IMG/VR virus record: IMGVR_UViG_2061766007_001346
Coordinates: 32,001-96,000 of that record
Length of the DNA stretch: 64,000 nucleotides
Source: a virus
Taxonomy: Duplodnaviria; Caudoviricetes
Direction: 5' to 3' (one strand)
Below are positions 1-12,466 of this stretch, one piece after another (the stretch's first letter is position 1; every line of letters begins with the position of its first letter). A program made the translations under genes and the position numbers. Below the pieces are notes generated by a model that made no database searches, was not told the DNA's origin, and saw only the letters and a program-made list of their open reading frames with translations.

Positions 1-3000
1 AATATGCTCGCGTTCCTTAAGTCCACGGTTTCTTCCATCAAGTTCTCTTAGGTATAAGAGTTGATTCTCGAGATAATCAAGATCGTTCTTATAAATATAA
101 GCAATGTCGTTGGGGATTACTGGCAATAATTCAGCGCCCTCTTCTTTGAGCATCTCATTTGCAGACTCATTCATTCCTGAACTTGCAGCAAAGATAACAC
201 CTCTTACAACAGGAAGAATATTTTCTGCCATTTCGAGTTGAGTTCTACTGAATTGATTACTATAGAAATATTCAGTGACACCTTTTTGGCCTAGCGTAGC
301 TCTCTCGTTTGCAATTATATCTAATAGCGGATTTTCTGTCCCCATTAAAGAGAACGTTAGTACCTTTGCTAGTTCAATTGTCGGAGTAAGCTTTAGAGTC
401 TTAGATATATCAACAGCCTGCTTCATCTTCTCTGCGATAGACTTAAGTAGGTCTATATTAAATATATCCATAACCGCCTGTTTTGCAGCAGGATCTTTAG
501 CAACATTTACGTTCAAATCCTTTTCGAATTTTTCTATCAGTTGGATAGCTTTTTCTGGATCCTGGTAAAGACTATCAAGAATAGCTTTGTAACGATTAAC
601 TGTATCACTATAAATAGCAGTATTTGTTCTATCGAAGAACCTATTCTCTGCAATATAGTTGTCTCTCTCGTTCTTAAGTCTTTCTCAAATTTTTTCGCGT
701 ATCTCGTTTGACCATTCTTCGTCATCGACAGCTTTTTTTAATTCTTCGATGTCGTTCGCAAAACGAGGATCATTTTCAAACAATTTGATAATCACCTCAT
801 TATTCGATTCGTTTTTCATCAAATCGTATTCATGAATTACAGGGGTCTGTTTGATAAAATCCTCCGTATTAACAGGAACGGCATTAATGCGTCTTGATAA
901 ATCTTGACTGATGGCCTTAAAAGCATATTTGATAAAATCGTCAGCACCTAAACCAACGATGTTCTGCTCTTTCATGGCCTTATACTGATTTATTGCGAAG
1001 TCGAGTAACTTATGATAACGTTGCCCGATCGTTAACGCGTTGCCAAGCTCGTCTATACCAGAATTAATAATAATATCAATTTGTCCGTGTAGACTTTGGA
1101 ATAGTTCGTCGAGATCCGGATTTTCGGCATCCAGTGCCTTTACGTTGATACGTGTAGCACGATCGAGTAAAGTAGACGGATCTACGTTTTCAGGATGTTC
1201 GAGCGTTTGACCATATACATCAGATGTAAGATTGACACCGGTTATATCGCCAAGTTGCTGTTGTAACACAGGAGTAAACAAGTCCTGTGCATATTGGAAT
1301 AGTTCGTTAGAGCGTTGAAGAGCATCGATTCCTGTGGACTTAATATAGTTCTCGTATTCTTTATCAATGATTTTCTTTTCGTTTTCATCAGCATCACTAT
1401 AGGTGGTACGATGTCTTAAGAATGCAAAGGAATCTTTGCTGAGAACGTTAGGGCCCTGAGCGGAAATCATCGAACTAACGAGACCAGAATGTGAAGCGTA
1501 GTGAGCATATCTTATGTAATAAGATGCCGCTTTACCACTAAATAGTGCTTCTAACTGTTCTTGTTTCTGTTTCTTTTTTTCCTCTAGGTCTTTGATGAAC
1601 GGATCTTTGTTAATGGCTTCGTTTCGTTCTGCAGAACGTGTGTCTGGGAACTGAGCCGTTAAGAATCCTTTGCGGCCTTCAATTTCTTGTTCTAACTCAA
1701 CGATATCGAGTGCGAGATTACCAAAATCGGTAAGAATGATATTTGCAAAACCAGTGCGTTTGGCAAATTCCTCAAAGTTGTTGATTTTATGCTTTTTACG
1801 GTATTCCTGTTCAGTAATTCCTTCTTTTTTGGCACCCTCTTTAACTTCCTTACGGAGTTGGTCCATGATAGGATTGCCACTATTTTCGAATTGTTTAAAC
1901 TGTTCGGGAGAAAGAACCTTACGTAAAACTTCTTCATCTGTAAGAAGTAACTGATTCTTTTTCATTATTTCCGCAAGAGCTTTGATCTTAACCTTAAGGG
2001 CGTTATACACAACGTCGTTCTGGCTAGGTTTGTCTCCCTTCTCATCTCACGTCCAAACTTCCTTGGATGGATCTGTTGCATCTTTTACTCATTTTCCATC
2101 CATGGACAGATTTGTATTAGCAAGACCACGCTTATATAGACGATTTAATTCACCTATAGTACGATCTTCACCATATAATTGAATTGCTCTGATAAGTGCA
2201 CCATCGACACCTGTGCCAGTATATTTAGAAATATTACTATTGAGTACTTTGCTATGCCAATCGTCCAATCCTTGGAATACAGCGCCACCAACAGCGCCAC
2301 CAACAAACGCCGTTGCATATCGTTGCATTGCGTCGTTCCACGTAAGTCCGAATTCAAGCTGATCATGAGTATCGTCAGAAATCTTATATCCAAGATGTTC
2401 AAGTCCGAGAGAAACGAGTTTGATGACATCAAGAGCCTGCTCTTCCATTACTTCCTCAATACCTTCGTTTAATGCATGATGTACATATACACCACCAACA
2501 TTCTTTATCGCGCCAACGCTTCCGGGTATTGCAAGATCTAACGCCTTAATAGGAGCGAAACTCTTTTCCGTTCATGCCTGTTTGGTAGCATTGAATACGC
2601 GTTTAAATAGGTTCTGAGCTTCTTTCTCCGTTGCGGTAGGAGCCAATTTCAGTAAATGCTGTCCTTTCTTACTAGCCTTAACACTCTGCGCAATTCCATC
2701 TGCTACAATATCAGACTGTTTCTTAAGAGCGTCTGTTATTTCAGGTGCTGCGTTGACCCAAGTATTTCTGAATAACCAGCCTTTAAAATAATTGGACTGC
2801 ATTAATCCGAACATTGCAGCAGTATAGGCAAGCATAGAAACACCTGCTGATACATCAGACATGCCGGCTTTCTTAAAGGTTTCTAGTGAGCTTTCTGCAG
2901 ACGTTAATGCCATATAACCAAGGCTCATGGATCCGAACAAGCCTGTATTGAATTTCGTTGAAGGAAGTTTTAAGATTTCAGGAATTCTTGTAAATGTTCT

Positions 3001-4020
3001 CTGCTCAAACAGTTGTTTCGCAGAAGTAACAATCATATCACCGATATTTTCAAAGGACCACTGATTTTCAAGCGAATGTCTACTCTTAGACGTGTCAAAT
3101 TGCGAGAAGAACGCAATTCTGTTATTAAGTCTCTTACCATATTCGGTACTATCCGAATCGTGTGTAAGAATACCATTTACAGCTTTAGCAAGTACTGGTA
3201 GTGATCTTGCAAGTCCATATACAGCACCAATGGCACCAAGAGCGGGACCAACATATGGAATCAAGTATGGAGCGACCATAGTAACTGTTCTTGCAATTGT
3301 ACCGGCAACACTCTTATCCAAACTATCGTTGTCAAAGAAATCATATTTGTTTAGCCAGGTGTCTTCAGCAGTAAGGGTGTCTGTGTAATGGAGCATCTCT
3401 TTGCCAAAAGAACTCTCTCCATCACGAAGCTCCTTATAATACGGATCTCCCGTATCTGGGTCTAGCAACGGAACACCGTTTTCGTCAGTAGCAATATACA
3501 TCGGCTTTCTTGATAATGCCTTGAACAAACCGCCCTTATCGTTTGGTGTATAGTCCAAGACATTATCATCAGCGTCGTGAACACGATTAGCCTGAGCAAC
3601 CTCTCGATAATCATAACTTTCCTTTCCGGTTTCACGTAGATTACCAAGGCCTCTCTGGTGTCGCCACATATCGTTTACTTCGAATACTTTTGTACTAGTA
3701 TCCCAGATGTTTGTATCACCCATTCTGGAGATATCTTCTGGACTTCTTGCAATACTTTTTACAATAGTATCCGCAAAATCGGTATTTGCTCATTCGTTAT
3801 ATGCCCTTCTAGCACTATCATAAAATTGATTAAATGCGTTCTCATCAAAATTTCCTTCGTCATCAGAAAATCGTTCAACTACTTTATCAATTCCTTTGTA
3901 ATAACTCGCATCCTTTAGTCCGGTGTTACTCGGAGTAAGGCCATACGCGTAAAAATCTAATAATGTAAAATCTTCTGGTGCATTTAATTGTGCTGCAAAA
4001 AAGTCATTTAATTTTTCCAT
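1..4020 (-). CDS. Giant putative virion cargo/ejected protein (>1339 aa, runs off the window edge)
   Basis: Track ORFs 3790-4020, 2572-3723, 2089-2448 and 685-2010 share one frame, joined only by TGA; frame stays open to base 1; Gly/Ala-rich hydrophobic segments; position after the tail genes matches crAss cargo genes. Confidence 0.8.
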
Positions 4021-4021
4021 A

Positions 4022-5902
4022 CTAAAAATGTTGTCCTATTCTACTTAATTCATCATAACGAGGGTTGGCCCTTGCCTCTTCTGTTGCTTGTAAAAGATAA
4101 TCATTTGCCATCACACGTTCTGGAACATTTCTGGTCTCTTGTTTGGAAATCGCCTCATCCATGGTAGAATTGAATCCATACCATGCAGAATCTTTTGCAT
4201 AAACAAATACAATTCCTTCCCAAAAATCTCCAGATTCTGATTCTGCGTATTTTCGATTGAGAGAATCTTTCTTCTTATCACCATACGCTTTATCATATCT
4301 AACATAGTTATTATAGGCGTCTTTAATCTTCTTTGCTTCAGACTTATCAACTTTTCTTAAGAATAATTTTTCATCCTTTGTTAACTTAATAGTATCGTCA
4401 CCAGCAAAAGCAGAAAATGCCAAGAATGGCCGTGTATCGCGAAGCGTGAATGATTTTCCATCTTCTGATGGAATAACATCTTGTGCAGATAGCTTTGGAT
4501 ATTTAGCAAGCATTGCGTTTCTTTCTGTCGGAGTAAGATTCCTCATATTACCAGAATCTTTAACATCCTTCATAAACGCATTAAATTCCCGTAATTTCTC
4601 AAAATCGGGACGAATGTGTCCATTATCGTCTTTTCATGGAAGATATACTTTTGAAGTTCCACTACCTCCATTATAGAAAATTGTCGGGCGTTCGGATTCG
4701 GTGACCGGATGGTCTCCAAAAGTTATATCTTGTGTATTAACACTAGACGATAAAGCGTGTCCGTCTTTACCGCTACTGAAGAACATTTTCTGAAGATTCA
4801 TTGGATCAAGTGGCTGCATATCCCAGTTTAACATCGGACCCCAGTCTTCACCCTGAGCAAGATATGTACCTTTTTCATGAATCTTAGATGCCGTAGGCGC
4901 AATTAAGAATTGCTCTCTAGTTCCTTTTCCTAATCCAAAACGATATTGATATGTGTTGTGAGTCTTCAAATCCTCATCGTCTCCACTGCCACCTCCACCA
5001 GCAGCCTTACTAGCAGAAGCTTCATAAGAGTATTTTTCTTCTCTATCAACCTGTGAGAAGATTATTTTACGTAAGTACTCTTGCGGGTCTGTTCCACTCA
5101 TTGCCGCACGAGCTCTTAATAAGTTCTGTGCATCTCTTGATAATTGGCTAAATAATAACGATGAGAAATCATATAAATCTGCCTTAGAGTACTTTGAAGA
5201 AATTTTATAAATATCTCCGTCAATAACGTCCCCGGCAAGTTCTTTTATTTTACTTCCTACTGCAAACTGATCCTTTGAAACATTTCCAAAATTACTAATA
5301 ATAGTATCAATTTCCTGTCGAATGTCTTTCTGACCAACAATATCTGATGTAACTGTATCCAAGATTTCATCACTGAATGCGAACTCAGGATTGCGCTGAC
5401 GCAAGAACATCAATTCTGAATTGGAAATCGGAGCGTATCTTTCATTCGAATAATCGTCAGGACTAACTTTGGTAATTTTTCCGTCCTCTCTGTCTCGTAC
5501 CCACATCTTACCATATGAATCCAATGCTACTTCAGAACCAGCGTCGTGTTTCTTAATTTCGGTTAAAGCGTTATCTCAATGTTCTTTATTAGCTTTTGCA
5601 ACACTAGCTAACTGCATTATTTGAAGCATACCAGGCATAGCAGAACGATAATCGCCATCAATCATGAGTTCCCGAGATTTTCTCTGGAATTGAATCAATT
5701 TATTATAAATCATCTGAATATCACTTGGAAGTAAATTTTGATCCTTCATTAAAGAAATCAATTCTTTATCCAGTGGATCGAGTTTTGCTTCAGAACTAGA
5801 AGCCTCAGATCCGGAACCTCTGGAACCTTGGCCTAATCATTGTTCTGGAATAAAGGGGGTGTATATTAACCCACCCCCTTGTTGATATACTTTTAATTTC
5901 AT
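4022..5902 (-). CDS. Putative cargo protein, 626 aa, N-terminal KVYQQGG motif
   Basis: ATG 5902 overlaps the upstream TAA; joins 5576-5761, 4634-5524 and 4022-4573 via TGA; ends TAG. Confidence 0.82.
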
Positions 5903-8900
5903 TATTTTAACGCTCTTAATAATAGTTTAATTGTATTATCGCTTAGTTTAGCTATAGCATGATGTGTAGCCTTATTATTGTCGATTCAGATTTGTTCCTC
6001 CGGCTCCTTAGTGTATCGGGTCGAACCTCTCAGATATCCACCTTTCTTATACACACCAGATGATGTACCTGTCATTGCACGAGGATAACGATAATTTAAT
6101 CCGTTTTGATAGAGCCAATCCCTAATAGCATTTGCAGATGATTTCTGCCAATTCTCAATGGTCTCTATATTTGCGGACCAAGTTTCGGGATATTTTCTAC
6201 GAATATAATCTTCAAAATCAACATATTTAGCTTTCTCATCAACACCCAACCCATTATATTCAGCTCTGGCACCAGGGAATAAAGTATCAAGTTTTCTATT
6301 GAGTATGTCAGATTGACGTTCAATCTCTTTTTGTTTTTCATAATTAAGTATAACATTTCTATCTTGCTTAATATTGTTCTGAATTTCAAGTCCGAGATTT
6401 TCAATAGATTGTCCCTTACGTTGTAGATACTCGAGTTCTGGATTATATAATGCAGAATTAATAGAAGCGTTTCTAGCACGATTCTGATTTGCTGTAGATA
6501 TCTGATTAGCGATATTCTGATTCATTATATTCAACGCTTCCTTCTTTGCTTCCCAATCGGCCTGAGAACGTTGTGTTGTAATGTTCTGCTCTCTATCGTA
6601 TAACTGAGCCTCTCTTTGATTAGCCATTGCATTATTTGCAATAACATCGGAAGTTACAGGTTTAATTCCAGCCATACGTTCAGATCGCACTTGTTGTAAT
6701 GCTCTATCTAAAGCAGGATTATCATTACGTGGTGTATTTAACTGAACCGGAAGTTCGTTAAATCGAGCTGCTTCGATCGCTTTCTTAGAGGTATCGCGAT
6801 ACTTTCTCTGTAATCCAGAATTGATAAGATATCTTACCAAGCTGATTGCAGGTATCAAGTTCTTCGTACTATCGGAAAGATCTTCTGGTATTCCACCACC
6901 ATCATCAACCTCAGTATCTGTGGCAGTACTTGTCGAACGTGGTAAGATACCACTATGATAAGTAGTTGCTGACGGATTAAATTTATCATCCAATTTCATT
7001 CCCACAGTCTTAGTTGGATCTACGGCCTGAAGTTTTGGTCTTGGCAGACCATCTTCTTCGACAGGAATTTCTTCGACATCTTTAGGACCATATGCACTAA
7101 GATCAGGAGCACTTGATTTAGCATTTAAATTCCAAGCTTCATTAAATATATCTTGAATACCAGAGAGATAGTTCTCTTTTGGTTCGACACCAGGATCATT
7201 ACCATATGGCGTATAGATGCCATTGATGTATGTTCCCCAGTCGATACCCGGACGATAGGCGATATTATTGATTTCGTCAGTACTTAGATTAGAAGGAAGT
7301 GCATAATCAGGAACTCCGTATTTTAGATTTAAACCACGCTGTCCTTTTAGTACGCCACCGACCTGTTTTTTATCTACTAGTTGTCGCAATACATTCACAA
7401 GATCGTCAAAACTTTGATTATTGTTAGTTTTTACTTTTACAACATTTTGTTTTGCGAGCGGAACCGATACTGTAGGAACCGACAGCGGTGTACCATAATC
7501 ACCAACGTTGTATCGTAATGTGGTTGCTTGACCTAAATCCTTATCTGTATCTGGAAGAAAATGAATTGTTTTACCAGAATCCTGAATATACTTTACAGTG
7601 GTCTTTTCAGGACTTTCTTTTTCTGTTTCCTGAGTTTGTTCTACATAGTTGTATGGGGCAGGATTTCTTACCACAGTCATTTTTGGATACTGACGAACGG
7701 TAGCATTTCCTTCCAAACCGGATTTGACCCACGTACCTCTCTTTTCTCTTTCTTCTGAAAGGAACGCTTCTAAAAGTTCATCTGGAGGAAGTTCGTCATA
7801 AGTAACGTCTTCGTACTGTCCATTTCCATAATCCCATCTAACTGTTCCTCCGCGTTGTGATTTTGGAACAAATTTTTGTTTAAAAGAGTCAACCTTAGAT
7901 TTAGAAATTGTACCGCCTTCTTTATAAGAGTCTGAAATATTTTGATGCCATTCAGCACGTGTAATTCCTAAACCTTGCAGAATTTTCTTGGCATAATCCT
8001 TATTAATTTTTCTAGTTTTCCCATCACTTCCAACAGCATATCACGTATCATTGATATCGCGCATAATACGTTGTGTTACATTATTAAATGGAAGGACAAC
8101 TTTATCTATTTCAGATAATCTTAATTTCCTTTGTGTTGATGGGACACTAACTCCACCCCAGTTATCTGATCAACTTGTTGCTCCAGTTCATTTGTCAACA
8201 AAAACATCTTCTGGATTTCATGTTCCTTCAATCATAGATGGCGCCGATTGACCAGAAGCATTAAGATTACTAAAGGCTCCGTTAAAAGCGGCCTCGTTGC
8301 CATTTAGTTGTAAATTACCGTCTTTATCTACAACTAAATAATAAGGACTCCTAAATCCCCATGGATTATTGCTTGCCTCGCCATTATTAAAATATTTGAA
8401 AACTCTATACCCATTTGGATTTTCAAATTGTTGCTCGGAAATACCTGCAGATAGGATACCATTATCTCTAAAAATATTATCCAAATCAACGCCTTTAATT
8501 TTAGTACCAGGAATCCAGTCAGAATAATTTTCGATACCGGGAATATTGAGTCTTTCTGATATCTTAGCATATCTTTCAGACTGCGGCATATTTTGTTTAT
8601 TTATACTCTCTACGTAATCCATAATGGAGTATAAATTTCTGTTTGTTTTAACTTCCTCTGGAGTATATTTGTCTCCATTTACATCTATCAAACCAAAGGT
8701 ATATTTTGGATCTAGACCCATTTTGGTGACCATATCTGGAGTAATAAGCGTAGGATTGTTAGGATTTGCGGACCGTACAGACGGCGCTGTAGGTGTATCG
8801 GCAACAGGAGTCTGTGTAGTAGCAGATGCATCAGTATTACCGTCTGTTGCTCGGCCACCAGTAGTTCCACCGGTAGTTCCACTGGTACTATCAGTACCTC

Positions 8901-9669
8901 CACCTGTGCTGCCAGATGCTGGAGGAGCGATGTTATATTTGATACCAAACATTTCAAGTAAGTCCTCTACATCGGCATCATATTTATAACCAGGTTTGCC
9001 CATTGCAGCCCACAGACTGCTAAAATACTTGTTGCCAGAAGCGTATTTATCAGTATCCTTATACTCTTCTGTTTCGGCAATTTTATCCAACCATGCAGAA
9101 ATTGCATCGGTATTATATGCACTATAATCGTATTCAGACGCATCCCCGGCCTTTAAATGAGTTATGAGGTCGGAAACGCGTTTCTGCGCATTGAAGTTAT
9201 CCTCTTTCGTAGGAGAAAGGACACTATTATTATAATCTAACCGAATAGTACTTTTTTCAACAGCCTTCTTAGGTGAAGACTGTCCCGTAGTCGCAGGACC
9301 CTTACGAAGCACGTTGCGAATTATATGCAATACCTGATTGGTAGCCTGTTGAGATCTGTAAACCTTATTATTTGTCGCAGCGTCTCACTTCGAAGATTTC
9401 CTATTTTTTAGTTTGTCCAAGTCTTTATTACTGACACCAGTATATACATCTAGACTTTGGACGTTTTCTTTTAAGTTGCCAGTATATCGTCCGGATTGGA
9501 TGACACTTGACAGATTGCCGACCTGGGCCCTGAGTGCTGGCTCCATATTATCTACCTGATCGTTTATATCACGTAGTTGATCCTCGGTAATGTAATATTC
9601 CTGGTCGTCAAATAATATTTTGTATTTAGAAGTTTTTCCACCTTCTTGTAGTTTTCTCACTTGGGACAT
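5902..9669 (-). CDS. Putative cargo/internal protein, 1255 aa, five GG motifs
   Basis: Joins 9385-9669, 8218-9330 and 5986-7716 in one frame via TGA; ends TAA 5902-5904; Thr/Gly/Ser low-complexity linker; Gln/Asn/Ala-rich helical C-terminal part. Confidence 0.82.
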
Positions 9670-9702
9670 AAGGCATTATTAATATTAAATTAACATTATA
9701 TC

Positions 9703-9737
9703 AAAAACAGGGGATTAGTATTTCTCCAACCCCCTGT
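9703..9737 (-). terminator. Intrinsic terminator after the 9759-10049 gene
   Basis: Minus strand ACAGGGGGTTGG...CTAATCCCCTGT stem with G-U pairs, followed by a T tract. Confidence 0.75.
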
Positions 9738-9758
9738 GTATCTGTCGTTGTGAGAATC

Positions 9759-10049
9759 CTACTTTACTTTCAGACCTCCACAAGCCTTCTTACAACCTTT
9801 CTTTAACTTACCGCCCTTTTGGAATACGGGTTGAGCTTCGGAACCTTGTTCTGACTGCAGGAGTTCCATAATGGCCTGAGCAAGTAACATTGCTGCATCT
9901 GGACCCATCTCTTGAATAATCTGTGCTGCCATTTGAGCGATTTGCTGCATTGCGGCCTCTTGTTCGCCACCCTGCATAGGAGCGGCCTGAGCTTCCGGAG
10001 CTGCTGCCATAGGAGCAGCGCCACCCTCTTGAAAACGTTTTATCTTCAT
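9759..10049 (-). CDS. Small Ala/Gln/Met-rich protein (96 aa) with three GG motifs; monocistronic; putative internal head protein
   Basis: Clean ORF with its own upstream promoter and downstream terminator; RFQEGG, VFQKGG, KKACGG. Confidence 0.85.
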   Translation of the reverse strand: MKIKRFQEGGAAPMAAAPEAQAAPMQGGEQEAAMQQIAQMAAQIIQEMGPDAAMLLAQAIMELLQSEQGSEAQPVFQKGGKLKKGCKKACGGLKVK

Positions 10050-10103
10050 TTGTATAAATTATTAATAATTAAACATTAATTTTCTTATAAGCATTTCACA
10101 GTG

Positions 10104-10134
10104 CGAATTTACAAAAAAAATAACGATTATCAAA
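10104..10134 (-). promoter_or_regulatory. Bacteroidota-type promoter (variant -7 box)
   Basis: Minus strand TTTG-N19-TAAATTCG, one mismatch to TAnnTTTG. Confidence 0.6.
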
Positions 10135-10167
10135 ATTTTTTCACAAAATAATTTCTTTGCCAGAAAT

Positions 10168-10198
10168 TTTGATTTTTCAAGAACCTTTACTATCTTTG
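10168..10198 (+). promoter_or_regulatory. Bacteroidota-type promoter, divergent
   Basis: TTTG (10168-71)-N19-TATCTTTG (10191-98), perfect consensus. Confidence 0.7.
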
Positions 10199-10201
10199 CA
10201 T

Positions 10202-10301
10202 TAGCAATTCAGAACAAAGAGTGTGAACGAACTTATAAGTTACTACATTAAAACAATTATCTGAATTCCTCATCCCTGACTGTTACAGTTGGGGAATTTT
10301 T
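10202..10301 (+). ncRNA. Candidate ~100-nt small RNA
   Basis: Lies between a perfect plus-strand promoter and a plus-oriented terminator hairpin (CCCTGACTG-TTA-CAGTTGGGG, then AATTTTT); no ATG-initiated ORF; AATTCAGA/TCTGAATT pairing. Confidence 0.45.
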
Positions 10302-10725
10302 ATATATACATCTCTGCTAAACTATCCATATCTTCTACTGATACTTCTTCTGCAGTTACATAATCGGATAAATCAATAGTTTTGCCAAAGTCTTGTTGGT
10401 TCACCCATTCCTTAGTAGCGAAAGCGGCTAAGTCTTCTAACTTGATAAATCCAGATGTATCTAAATCAATAAGACTCGATAGTTTAGATAGGATTTCTTC
10501 TTGGATATATTGTTCGAGCTCTCTACGAGTAATATATTCGCTAAGATTTGCTTTCCTGTTGATAGGAACTCATTCACCGTTTACATACTCGTAAAGGATG
10601 CCGTTTGGTTTGTGTCATAAATAGTTTTTAGGAGGTTCGTTATCGTCAAACATGATTTTGACAACGTGCTCGTGTCTATAGAATTTATGACCTTTTGGAT
10701 CTGCGTGTGTTACAATTTTTCCCAT
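10300..10725 (-). CDS. Hypothetical protein, 141 aa, fibre-like motifs (FATKEWV, DLSDYVT); absent from ORF track
   Basis: ATG 10725 to TAA 10300-02 with 2 internal TGA; fills the gap exactly. Confidence 0.75.
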
Positions 10726-10726
10726 A

Positions 10727-11365
10727 TTATGCTTCTGTATATTCAGGTTCTCTATTATCTTGGGCGGTCATCTCGTTAAAAACATATCTACCCAGTGCCT
10801 TATAATCCTTGTCTTCTTTCGATACATAGGCTTTCTTGGCCTTTCTGATTATAACAACGCTCGATTTTCTACTAAAGATGCGTTCTCCGCCTTGTAATTC
10901 TGCTTGTACATTACCATCAGACCCGTATACATATAAACGATTAACTCCTAATTCCGGATGTTCGTCTATTTCTTCTTCATCCTCCGGTTCTGCATTATTT
11001 ATTTCCGAAAACAAATCTGTCTTATCCCCCGGCTTTACGCCAGAGTTAACATTCAATTCAATCACGCAAGATATAAATTCGGAACTTTCTGTTATTAGTT
11101 CTTCTGAGTTTGGTTGCCCCTGTTTAACAGAAATCACAACGCCGTTTTGATTTACAAAAATGATATCAAGCGGAATTTCTGTATCTTTCATTCAGAAGGA
11201 TAATTCTGACTGAGGATCATCTGAATAATCAAATAACATACCTTCGTCGGGTTCCATTTCGGTAACTCCCATTAAACCAGTAGCTTTATCTTCTTCTGTT
11301 TCCGCAACCATCAAATGGAAAACCCTTTCTCCAATTTGAACATCAATTCATTTTCTATTTTCCAT
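10727..11365 (-). CDS. DUF192-family protein with extra C-terminal domain, 212 aa
   Basis: VAETEEDKATGLMG..EGMLFDY..SF(W=TGA)MKDTEIPLDIIF matches the DUF192 FWMKNT motif. Confidence 0.85.
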
Positions 11366-12464
11366 TCTCAACCTCCTCTGTTATCATTCCAACATTATCT
11401 TGTGTATTTTCTATAAGTTCTTCAGCAATTAATTTACCTGCAGCAATCATAGCTTCATCGGAACCGTCTTTACGTAACTCCTCTAATTGTTTGGTTACAT
11501 CTAATCTAAAGATGATTTCCGAATTTTCAATCTCTGCAACTTGTTCTCCGACCGTACCGCCCTCGGCAGCCATTACGGGAATGCCTTTCTTAGTGGCGTC
11601 TTCCAAGTCCGGATTCACATCTGCAAGATTGTTCTTACGTGCGTGTAGAGCACCTTCAGGGAGGATATTAGTGTCAATACCAATTGTTCCACCATTCTGA
11701 AGTTTTTGGGCCTCCTGTTTCTTTGCAAGAATGGCTCTAACTTCTTCGGCAGACATTAGTTTTATACCATTCTTTCCTACAGTAACACCCATATAATTCT
11801 GTCCGGCGTAACGCATAAGATTCTGATGGTTTAAATCCTGGTAATAATCAGATTGCTTACGCATCGTGTTAGTCTCATTAATCTGAGAAAGAATTCTATC
11901 TGTAGAACGAGCTTCGCCAAGATAATTATTGATTTTCTTTCTTCCGAAAAGAACTCGTTTATTTGCAAGATCCTCCCCAGCTCTTAAATCAGCAAGTGCT
12001 GCTCCATAACCAGACTGCATTTCTTCTGCTTCATCGGACAGTTTATAATTATTAGTTCTACTTCCCATCAAACCTCAAATCATTGAATTACCAGGAAGCA
12101 TGTTCATTAAGTTGTTAAATATAGCAGTTCCTCCAACACCAGCCCGTTTTGCAGAATTTTTATCAATATTGCTTAGATTGGTGCCGGTAGCGTTACCAAG
12201 TGCGTCCACAACACCTGTTGCAGCAGCAATGATTTGGCCATAACCAGGGATCATGGCCAAACCTTGCCGTATTGTACTTTGTGCCGCTTTCTGGTCGGCC
12301 GAAAAATCGTCACCGTATTTATTACCAATAGCAGAACCCATTCCGGATATTGCATCTCCAGCCATAGAACCTCAGCCGCCAAGTTTAAGTCCCTGACCGC
12401 CGCTACTATTTCCGCCGCCAGTATTACTTTTTCCCATGTTATTTAAATTAGTCAAAAAACTCAT
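11355..12464 (-). CDS. Putative cargo protein, 369 aa, Gly-rich/hydrophobic N-terminus, GG motifs
   Basis: ATG 12464; joins 12075-12365 and 11355-12071 via TGA; KLQNGG, MAAEGG, EGALHARK. Confidence 0.8.
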
Positions 12465-12466
12465 AT

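Noticed and set aside
10206-10260. Candidate sRNA acting antisense on the shared 22-nt leader
   Set aside because: Only 7-8-nt AT-rich matches (cttataag, acattaa) in the wrong order; too weak to support.
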